Positions 6,930 to 15,600 of a stretch of 22,508 bases of DNA are shown here, piece by piece; within the stretch, counting starts at the first letter, position 1; every line of letters begins with the position of its first letter. This stretch comes from Campylobacterota bacterium (lineage in GTDB: Bacteria > Campylobacterota > Campylobacteria > Campylobacterales > Sulfurimonadaceae), in the NCBI GenBank assembly GCA_034717975.1, contig JAYEMF010000021.1, positions 1 through 22,508 of the forward strand, read 5' to 3'. The translations under genes were made by a program, and so were the position numbers. The notes beneath the pieces were generated by a model. The model was not told the DNA's origin, ran no database searches, and saw only the letters and a program-made list of their open reading frames with translations.

Positions 6930-7373
6930 ATGGCAGCTGCCTGCCCTTTGAATTATAAACAGCTTGACAGTACATTAGTTAGAATCGGATCATTCTACGT
7001 TATCGTCATGCTCACCGCCTTTTTAATCACTTCCAACGTTGCCGTGCTCTATCTTTTAGGGATCGATGCACTTTTTAGGGTGTATGGCCAGAAACAGTTC
7101 AGTTTTATCTATCAACTGGCGTCAGGAACCAAGCACCTGCTTCGTCTTCCGACAAAAATGGCCGATGCCGGTGCAAAGCGTCTGGCCGGTCAGTTTGCTC
7201 TCTTGTTCGTTTTGATGCTTATTGTCGGACATCATCTTGAGGTTTCTCTCTTTATCCAAGTGGTAGCAGGGATATTTTTGCTCTGCTCATTGATGGAGCT
7301 GCTGTTCGATTTTTGTGTCGGCTGTAAAGTTTACTACATTGTCAAATACTTTTTCCCCGGTTTCCATTCGTGA
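6930..7373 (+). CDS. DUF4395-family membrane protein
   Basis: AAGGA RBS (6919-6923) before ATG 6930 (MAAACP); hydrophobic segments; KRLAGQFA and LFDFCVGCKVY motifs. Confidence 0.8.
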   Translation: MAAACPLNYKQLDSTLVRIGSFYVIVMLTAFLITSNVAVLYLLGIDALFRVYGQKQFSFIYQLASGTKHLLRLPTKMADAGAKRLAGQFALLFVLMLIVGHHLEVSLFIQVVAGIFLLCSLMELLFDFCVGCKVYYIVKYFFPGFHS

Positions 7374-7774
7374 ACAGTATTAGCTCAAGAGGAGTCTATG
7401 GACTTGCCGCGATGCATGTCCTCTCCCGCTCACGCGATCAAAAACCGATGCAGGTCAAAGAGATAGCGGCGATGACAAGTATCTCTCACAGCTATCTTGA
7501 ACAGATCCTCGCTTCACTGCGTAAAGCAGGGCTTGTCCAGAGTATCCGTGGAGCGCATGGCGGTTATCGTCTTTCACGTCCTGCACATGAAGTCAGCGTT
7601 CTTGTGATCATTGAAGCGCTTGAGGGAACCTTGTGGAAGATCGAAGGCAATGTCGGCTCAAGCGTGATTCTGGAGTATTTCTGGCAGGATGTTCATGAAA
7701 AGATGCGAAAGTTGCTAACCCTCAAACTCTCCGAGCTTGATCAGGCGTTCCAGCCCTACCACTATCAGATCTGA
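7370..7774 (+). CDS. Rrf2-family transcriptional regulator, CymR-like (no Cys)
   Basis: ISSRGVYGL..YLEQILASLRKAGLVQSIRGAHGGYRL winged-HTH signature; GTGA start/stop coupling with the upstream gene. Confidence 0.92.
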   Translation: MNSISSRGVYGLAAMHVLSRSRDQKPMQVKEIAAMTSISHSYLEQILASLRKAGLVQSIRGAHGGYRLSRPAHEVSVLVIIEALEGTLWKIEGNVGSSVILEYFWQDVHEKMRKLLTLKLSELDQAFQPYHYQI

Positions 7775-9200
7775 CAGCAATATAGACAGTTGCAAAATTC
7801 AGCACCAGGCCAATGACCCCGGCATGAATGCCAAACGGTTTTGATGGCAGGGGTGTCAGCAAGAAGAGCAGGGTGATGCCGACACCGGCGAGCAGTCCGG
7901 CCATAATCGCTCTGCTGCTTACCTGTTTGAACCAGACACCAAGCATAATGGCCGGGGCGATCTGGCAGAGGATCTCCAGCTTGATCTGGATCAGCCACCA
8001 GATGGTCGATGGCAGTGATATGGCCAGGTAGACCATAAAGGCCATCATCCCCCAGGAGAAAACCTTGCCAACATAGGTGAGTTCACGCTGTGAAGCTTGC
8101 GGTTTGCGGCGGTGGTAGATATCCTGGGTGAAGAGCGAGGCAATGGCCAGAAGGGCGGAGTCGACAGTGGACATAATGGCGGCAATGGCTGCAGCCACAA
8201 AGAGGGTCAGGACAATCTGCATCCCGGCAATTCCACTCAGTTCATTGAGCATGATCAGGATGATCTGTTCTGACTCCAGTTTATCAAGACCCGGAAAGTG
8301 GGCAGCGCCGATGACGGCAATAGCGATGAGTGGCAGGGTTGTGAGAAAGGGCATAACGATCATCAGCTGCAAAGAGCGTCTGAGCGTTCGCTCATCTCTG
8401 GCTGCATAGATACGCTGGATCGCCTGCGGATAGACGGAGATACCGAAAAAGATGAGGATCAGCACACTGACCCATTTAATCTGCTGAAGAGGGGTCGGGT
8501 CGGCAAAGAAATCGGCACGGAGCTGCATTAAAATGGCAGTGTTGGTTTCGAGGGAGCCGTAATGGACCCAGACAACGGCAAAGATGATGATCACGCCCAC
8601 GAAAAGCAGGACTCCCTGAATGGCATCGGTCCAGGCAACCGAACGCATCCCGCCAAGGGTCTCATAGATGACCATGATGAAGGCCATAGCGATGATCCCT
8701 TCGGTGAAACCGACCATTCCGCCTGTTACCGTTTCGAGAATGTAACCAATGGCCTTGAGATTGGTCAGCATATAGTTGGATAGGGCAAATATACCGATGG
8801 CGACGATGATGTAGGTGAGCAGCTGATGGTTATAGCGGTGCTGGATGTAGTCGCCTATAGTGATAAACCCATGTTTTCTGGCCAGCGGATAGAGCCGCGG
8901 AGCATAGAGCAGATAACCGCCGACAATGGCGATCATAAAGGTGACAGCGACAAGAAAGAACCAGCCGCTGCGGTAGGAACTTCCGGCAAACCCGATGAGC
9001 GAGTTCCCGCTGTACTGGGTAGCATACATGGTCAAAAAGAGGATCGTCACACCAAAACCTGCACCGCCGAGGTAGAAGTCCTTCATGGAGCTCTCTTTGC
9101 TGGCGAGTTTGCCGGCGACACCGACGAGGATCATCGATGCCAGATAGCCAAGAAGAAAATAGATTCCGGTCGTTGAGAGCATGGCACTACTCATGCTCAT
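7722..9200 (-). CDS. Sodium:solute symporter family protein (PanF/PutP-like, substrate unknown)
   Basis: DFYLGG, ATQYSGNS, GGMRSVAWTDAIQG and AAIMSTVDS motifs with many hydrophobic segments. The start is probably ATG 9200 or 9194, overlapping the end of the upstream small gene. Confidence 0.9.
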   Translation of the reverse strand: MSMSSAMLSTTGIYFLLGYLASMILVGVAGKLASKESSMKDFYLGGAGFGVTILFLTMYATQYSGNSLIGFAGSSYRSGWFFLVAVTFMIAIVGGYLLYAPRLYPLARKHGFITIGDYIQHRYNHQLLTYIIVAIGIFALSNYMLTNLKAIGYILETVTGGMVGFTEGIIAMAFIMVIYETLGGMRSVAWTDAIQGVLLFVGVIIIFAVVWVHYGSLETNTAILMQLRADFFADPTPLQQIKWVSVLILIFFGISVYPQAIQRIYAARDERTLRRSLQLMIVMPFLTTLPLIAIAVIGAAHFPGLDKLESEQIILIMLNELSGIAGMQIVLTLFVAAAIAAIMSTVDSALLAIASLFTQDIYHRRKPQASQRELTYVGKVFSWGMMAFMVYLAISLPSTIWWLIQIKLEILCQIAPAIMLGVWFKQVSSRAIMAGLLAGVGITLLFLLTPLPSKPFGIHAGVIGLVLNFATVYIAVRSDSGRAGTPDQARRV

Positions 9201-9366
9201 GCTCTGTGTATCTGTCCCATCTCTTTTCAATAGCATAGATAAGTGTAATGGCATAGATCACTGTTCCGGCAAGCGAACCCCATCCCCAAAGCGGAAGGCC
9301 TGCATAGGGTTCGCCACTTAAAAACGGGATAGTCAAAATCAGTAAAAATGGTGAAAGCTTTATCAT
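9187..9366 (-). CDS. Small membrane protein (DUF3311/DUF997-like partner of SSS transporters)
   Basis: Two hydrophobic segments with PYAGLPLW, directly upstream of and overlapping the SSS gene. Start uncertain (9366 or 9378). Confidence 0.65.
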   Translation of the reverse strand: MIKLSPFLLILTIPFLSGEPYAGLPLWGWGSLAGTVIYAITLIYAIEKRWDRYTEHEHE

Positions 9367-9546
9367 GGTCGGTATCATAGCTGATTTGCCGGGTGTATGC
9401 AATTTAAGCACGCATTAAAACAGTAAAACATAGTCTGAAACCATGCTGTTTATATTGTTGAGAATATCGGTATCATAGAGAGAGATATATAAACTAATTT
9501 AATAAAGAAAGTCCTGTTTAGGCTAATTTTTATTAGTATATACCTA

Positions 9547-11793
9547 ATGAAAATATTTGAGACAGACTATTCGTTTGAAAATGATGAACTGGCAGCAACA
9601 AGAACAAAACTGCTTATTGCTCTACTGCTTTTCTTTATCTTTAATCTGAGCGTATTTGCCATTATCCGTTTTAGCAGTGGAAATATTCTCGGTGGTGTAG
9701 CTGATCTTGTTGGACTTCTGATTGTCAGCTGGCTGCTGAACCGTCTTAAAACCCGTAGTGACTATTATGTTTTTACCTCCAGATTACTTTTAGCCGTCAC
9801 CTTGATTGTTATCTTTACCACGACCTATCTTGAGCATGCGTTTTCCAGAGGTATAGCGTGGTCGCTTGCCGCGATTATTTTTGCTTTTTATCTGCGTGAC
9901 CGTAAAGAGGGCCTGATCTGGTCGCTGCTGATGCTGGCTATTGTCACTGTCAGTTATTTTACGGTGGTGAAGAAGATTGTTCTTTTTGACTACCTCTCTT
10001 TCCTCTTCAGTATTTTGACGGTTTCGATGGTTATTTATGCCTATGAACACATTAAGGAGAAGGCACAGAAAAGCAGAATAAAGCAGGAGGAACAGGAGTT
10101 TTTAAAGAATGTTATTGATAGTGCTGTTGATCCAATCATGGTGATCGACCGGGATTATAATGTCACAATGCATAATGATGCGGTTGAAAAACAGATTGAC
10201 TGGAGCTGTATCGCTGACAGAGAGAACCTTAAATGTTATGAGATATCGCATCATCGTTCTACTCCGTGCGATGGAACTGATCACCCCTGTCCTCTGCGTG
10301 AAGTTTTGGAAACGCAAGAACATGCCAGCGCCCTGCATATTCACCAGGACAAACGAGGTGTATCTCAGTATGTGGAACTAAGCGCGTCACCGCACAGGGA
10401 TGGAAAGGGTGATATTGTAGGAATTATCGAAATCGCCAGAGATATTACCGACCGTATCGAGGTGGAAAATCAGCTTGAGGTCGAGCAGGTCAAACTGACC
10501 CACCTGGCTAACCATGATCCACTGACCAATCTGCCCAACCGTCTTCTCTTCCATGATCGTGTGGAGCAGGCAATCAAAAGATCCCAGCGTAACTTTAGCC
10601 AGTTTGTAGTTTTCTTTATCAATCTTGACCGTTTTAAAGCGATCAATGACTCTTTAGGGCATATCGTGGGTGATAAAGTACTTCAGGAAGTGACTGCCAG
10701 ACTGAAGTACAATATGCGTGAAGCCGATACCATCGCCCGTCTTGGCGGGGATGAATTTGCCCTGATCATCGAGTCGACGCAACACCTTGAAGACGTGAGA
10801 AATTTGGCAGAGAAAGTGCAAAGTGTTCTGAGTGAATCAATGGTGATTGCAGGTCATGAGCTCTATGTGACAAGCAGTATCGGCATCAGTCTCTTCCCCA
10901 ATGACGGTGATGCTCCGGAAATGCTTTTCCGTCATGCCGATACGGCTGTTCACCGTGCCAAAGAGGAGGGGAAAAACAACTACTGTTTCTATACCTCCGA
11001 TATGACGGAACAGGCCTTTGAACGCGTCTTGATGGAGAGCAGTCTGCGTCGGGCTCTGGAAAACGATGAGTTCAGGGTCTTTTATCAGCCACAGATCGAT
11101 GCGGCGACGCAAAAGCTTATCGGTAAGGAAGCACTGGTTCGATGGGAGCATCCTGAGCTTGGTCTTGTCGGACCGGACAAGTTTCTTACGATTGCTGAAG
11201 AGTCGGGTCTGATTACGGAAATCGATCACTGGGTTATGCTGCATGCCTGTCGCCAGCAAAACGAGTGGCATAAGCGGGGGATCAATCCGGGTAATCTTGC
11301 ATTGAACCTTTCAATGAAACAGCTGCATCAAGAAGATTTACTGGCCCATATTCAAAAATTGATCACTGAAAGCGGTTGTGTTTCCCATCATCTGGAGATG
11401 GAGATCACCGAGAGTCAGATTATGCATAAACCCGAGCAGGTGATTCGGGTTCTGAATCAGATCAGTGATCTTGGCATCTCTGTAGCGGTAGATGACTTTG
11501 GTACAGGTTACTCTTCGTTGGCTTATCTCAAACGTCTGCCGGTCAATAAACTGAAGATTGATCAGTCGTTTGTCCGTGATCTGCCCGATGATGAAGAGGA
11601 CATAGCCATTACCAGGGCGATTGTTGCGCTTGCAAAAAGTCTGAAACTCAAGGTTATAGCCGAAGGGGTAGAGAATGAGGAACAAAAAGAGTTTTTACTG
11701 CGTGAAGGGTGCAGTAATATTCAAGGTTACCTTTATGGAAAACCTATGCCTGCTGATGAGTTTGAAGGCTATCTAAAACAGCAAGAAGAGTAG
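9547..11793 (+). CDS. Membrane-bound PAS-GGDEF-EAL c-di-GMP signalling protein
   Basis: N-terminal multi-TM region; PAS ending ARDITDR; HDPLTNLPNR; RLGGDEF; EALVRW, EITE, DDFGTGYSS, KID, AEGVE and QGY. Confidence 0.95.
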   Translation: MKIFETDYSFENDELAATRTKLLIALLLFFIFNLSVFAIIRFSSGNILGGVADLVGLLIVSWLLNRLKTRSDYYVFTSRLLLAVTLIVIFTTTYLEHAFSRGIAWSLAAIIFAFYLRDRKEGLIWSLLMLAIVTVSYFTVVKKIVLFDYLSFLFSILTVSMVIYAYEHIKEKAQKSRIKQEEQEFLKNVIDSAVDPIMVIDRDYNVTMHNDAVEKQIDWSCIADRENLKCYEISHHRSTPCDGTDHPCPLREVLETQEHASALHIHQDKRGVSQYVELSASPHRDGKGDIVGIIEIARDITDRIEVENQLEVEQVKLTHLANHDPLTNLPNRLLFHDRVEQAIKRSQRNFSQFVVFFINLDRFKAINDSLGHIVGDKVLQEVTARLKYNMREADTIARLGGDEFALIIESTQHLEDVRNLAEKVQSVLSESMVIAGHELYVTSSIGISLFPNDGDAPEMLFRHADTAVHRAKEEGKNNYCFYTSDMTEQAFERVLMESSLRRALENDEFRVFYQPQIDAATQKLIGKEALVRWEHPELGLVGPDKFLTIAEESGLITEIDHWVMLHACRQQNEWHKRGINPGNLALNLSMKQLHQEDLLAHIQKLITESGCVSHHLEMEITESQIMHKPEQVIRVLNQISDLGISVAVDDFGTGYSSLAYLKRLPVNKLKIDQSFVRDLPDDEEDIAITRAIVALAKSLKLKVIAEGVENEEQKEFLLREGCSNIQGYLYGKPMPADEFEGYLKQQEE

Positions 11794-11794
11794 A

Positions 11795-12412
11795 CTACAG
11801 TCCTTCGATCAAAACATACCAGAGCCGGTCAACTTCTTTGTCGCTTAAAAAGAGTGTTGAACCATTGCTGAAGAGCTCATCGATTCCCTCATGGGAGATG
11901 CTAAGCGTATGTGAACACTCCGGATGGGTCGGCAGGTAGGCGCGTATGAGTGAGACATCACCATCAATGTGCTGATCGCAGAAGAAGCAGATAAGTTCAC
12001 TATGCAAACGCCCTTCATGTTCGAGCAGTTTTACATACGCTTCGATGGCGATACGTTTGGGATTTTGTTTATGCCATTGATGGGCGGCATAGTCGATGAG
12101 CCCAAAGTAAAAAGAGCCAGTCTCTTCAGATTGTGAAAGGTGAGGGTAGAAGAGGGCGATGAACTGCTGCCAGAGACGAAGCCGGTTATAGTCGGTGATC
12201 CATGGGAAGCCGATGTGGATCACATCACGCAGCCGGGCGATACTGCTTTTAAGGGAACTCTCCCGCTCGAAATCAACCTTGAAACCAAGGTTGATCATCC
12301 CATGCCGAGCTCCATAAAAGCGGTAAAGGGTTTCTAAGTTTTCCTGCGATAAAATACTTACTACAACATCTTCATCGCGTGCACGGTTCATGTTTAAGAT
12401 ATAGCCTTGCAT
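11795..12412 (-). CDS. recO: DNA repair protein RecO (Campylobacterota type)
   Basis: MQGYIL..RDEDVVV..LYRFYGARHG N-terminus, LLEHEGRLH, and a CFFC...HPEC zinc-site motif. Confidence 0.85.
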   Translation of the reverse strand: MQGYILNMNRARDEDVVVSILSQENLETLYRFYGARHGMINLGFKVDFERESSLKSSIARLRDVIHIGFPWITDYNRLRLWQQFIALFYPHLSQSEETGSFYFGLIDYAAHQWHKQNPKRIAIEAYVKLLEHEGRLHSELICFFCDQHIDGDVSLIRAYLPTHPECSHTLSISHEGIDELFSNGSTLFLSDKEVDRLWYVLIEGL

Positions 12413-12454
12413 TACTGCTTCTTTTTCACACTTTTTTTAATTTTCTTTTTCAGA

Positions 12455-12460
12455 ATTATA
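12455..12460 (-). promoter_or_regulatory. Candidate -10 box for recO
   Basis: TATAAT on the minus strand, 42 nt upstream of the ATG. Confidence 0.45.
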
Positions 12461-12492
12461 GCTTTCAAATCAAAGTTTAAACTTTTTAATCG

Positions 12493-12498
12493 TATACT
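12493..12498 (+). promoter_or_regulatory. Candidate -10 box for the gltBD operon
   Basis: TATACT preceded by T-rich tracts; it would give a ~110-nt leader. Confidence 0.4.
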
Positions 12499-12616
12499 AA
12501 TAACAATTTGCGATTTTTCTAAATATAGTAAGTTTGATTAAAAACAACTTAAATCGCATAAAATTTGCTAGAAATTAACAAATTTTCTTCAAAAATCTAA
12601 ATATGAAGGCAAATAA

Positions 12617-15600
12617 ATGGTAGAACATCACGATTTACTACGATCATTTAAAGATAACTGCGGGTTTGGTCTGATCGCCAATATTAAAAACCGGGCATCA
12701 CACGAAACCCTTGAAAATGCCATCACAGCGCTTGAGCGTATGATGCACCGCGGTGCGGTTGCGGCTGACGGCAAAACCGGTGACGGAAGCGGTCTGCTCC
12801 TTTCGATGCCGACGAAGTTCATGCGTGCTGCAGCCAAGGCTGAAAATATAGAACTGCCGAAGCTCTTCGCTGTCGCAACGGTATTCACCAAAGACAAAGC
12901 CCATCTGGATGTTCTGGAGCAGGTCTGTACAGCCAATGATCTGAAAATTGTCCTGAAGCGTGATGTCCCGCTTGATACAGAAGCCCTTGGAAAACAGGCG
13001 CTTGAGACACTTCCTCACATTGTCCATGCTTTTATCATCCCGAATTCCATCATGGCCGATCAGCGTTTTGATGCACTCCTTTACCTGAGCCGCAAAGAGA
13101 CGGAACATAAACTGGTAAGTGATTCAGATTTCTATATCGCTTCGATGTCTGCACGTGTTATCTCTTACAAAGGGCTCGTGATGCCGACACACATCAAAGA
13201 GTTCTACAAAGATCTCCAGGATGAAAGCTTCAAAATCTCTTTCTCGCTTTTCCACCAGCGTTTTTCTACCAACACCTTGCCGCAGTGGCGTCTGGCTCAG
13301 CCATTCCGTGCCGTAGCGCACAATGGTGAGATCAATTCAGTCGAAGGGAACCGTTTTAACGTAGCTATCAAATCGGAATCGATCAAGAGTGATGTCTTTA
13401 CGGACGATGAGATAAAACGTCTTCTCCCGATCCTTCAACCGGGTTCCTCTGACAGTGCCAGTGCTGACAACTTCTTTGAGTTCCTGATCGCCAACGGGAT
13501 GGATTTCTTCAAAGCGGCGCGCGGTGTCATTCCCGCCCCATGGCAAAATGCACCGCATATGGATCCGGAACTTCGTGCATTTTACGAGTACCACTCAACG
13601 GTATTTGAAGCATGGGACGGTCCGGCAGCTTTTTCACTGACAGACGGCCGCTATATCGGTTGTGTTCTGGACAGAAACGGCCTTCGTCCATCGAAATATA
13701 TCATCACCAAAGATGATACGCTCCTGATTACAAGCGAATATGGTGTCAATGACATCCCTGAAAGTGAGATCAAAGAGCGCGGTAGACTTCAATCGGGTGA
13801 GATGATCGGACTTGATCTGAAATTCGGCAAGGTCCTGAAAGACAGAGAGATCAATGATTATCTCAAATCATCCAACACCTATATGAAATGGCTCAACGAG
13901 CATATGGTCTATCTGCAAGAGCATATTGATACGAACTATGGTGAACCTGCCCCTTTTGAGTCAGATGAGCTTGTCAGACGCCAGCGTTATTGCAATATTA
14001 CCCAGGAGATTATCGAGCAGGTGATCGAACCAATGATCAAAGATGGCAAAGAGGCCGTCGGTTCTATGGGTGATGATACACCTCTTGCTGCTTTCAGTGA
14101 AAAACAGCGAAACTTCAGCGACTACTTCAAACAGAAGTTTGCTCAGGTAACCAACCCGCCGATTGATCCGATCCGCGAAAAAGTGGTGATGAGTCTTAAC
14201 ACCGGATTTGGTGAGATACACAACATCCTCGATGAGATTCCTACGCATGCTCAGCGCCTTAAGGCGATCTCTCCGATTATTACGCGGGAAAAGTTTGAAG
14301 TCCTTAAATCATTCGGTGATAAAAAATCACCGCGTTACCAGGCGTTTTACTACAATAAGACCTTTTCAACAGCCTATACCGGTTCGTTAAAACCTGCACT
14401 GCATAACTTGGTTGATACAGTGGTGCATGCGGTGAAAGAAGATGGCGTGCGTATTGTCATCCTTGATGATGCAGGATTTGATGCTGAACATATCACTATG
14501 CCAATGCTTATGGCGGTAGGCCGTATCAATCAGGCCCTCTTGAAAGAGAAAGTGCGTCATCTGGTCTCGATCATTGCGGTCACCGGTGAAGTCTATGACT
14601 CGCATGGTGCAGCCTCACTGATCGGTTATGGCGCCAGCGCAGTCTATCCAAACCTCTTTTTCTCTAGCGTTGCAAAAATAGTTGAGAACTCAACAGTCTG
14701 TGAAATGACATGTGGTGAAGCGCTGAAAAATGTCCATGCTGCTCTCAATGGCGGTCTGTTGAAAATTATGTCTAAAATGGGTATCGCTACCATTGCATCC
14801 TATCGTAACTCCGGTCTTTTTGATGTGATTGGCTTGAGCAGAGAGATGGCTGAGGACTGTTTTGGAGACTCACACGTTCTTATTCCGGGACTGGGGTATG
14901 AAGATATTGATGAGCGTCTTAAAACTGCCCATAAAGCTGCCTTTGAAGAGAGTGGCTTCAACCGTATTTTCCCACTCAATATAGGAGGATTCTACAAGTT
15001 CTATTCGGGACAGGAGTACCACGATTTCGGACCGGCTGTCATCCATGCCATCCATGCAACGGTCAAATCAGGCAAGAAAAAAGATTTTGACCACCTCAAA
15101 TCACTGGTCAATGGTCGCGGTCTGAAGTTTATCCGTGACTTCTTCGATATCAAGTCAGACAGAAAACCGATCGATATTAGCGAAGTAGAGCCGAAAGAGG
15201 CGGTCTTCAAGCGTTTCGCATCGGCAGCGATGAGTCTTGGTTCGATCTCCCCGGAAGCGCACGAAGCGATCGCTGAAGCGATGAACCGCATCGGCGCGCA
15301 GTCAAACTCCGGTGAGGGTGGTGAAGATGCCGAACGATTCGAGAGTTCACGAAACTCGAAGATCAAGCAGGTGGCATCAGGCCGTTTCGGGGTAACACCG
15401 GCTTACCTGCGAAGTGCCGAAGAGATCCAGATCAAAGTAGCACAAGGGGCTAAACCGGGCGAGGGTGGTCAGCTTCCTGGTCATAAAGTAACCGGCCTGA
15501 TCGCACGCCTTCGCCATACGGTACCCGGCGTGACACTGATCTCGCCTCCGCCGCACCACGATATCTACTCTATCGAAGATCTGGCACAGCTTATTTATGA

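Noticed and set aside
6784..6975. 63-aa minus-strand ORF across the divergent promoter region
   Set aside because: It overlaps a clear promoter, the candidate operator and the DUF4395 start; composition reflects AT-rich intergenic DNA.
11793..11795. GGDEF-EAL and recO stops only 1 nt apart
   Set aside because: Tight convergent packing is common in compact genomes; nothing further supports a function.
12554..12569. sigma54-like promoter TCGCAT-N5-TTGCT upstream of gltB
   Set aside because: Spacing is right, but the invariant -24 GG is CG.
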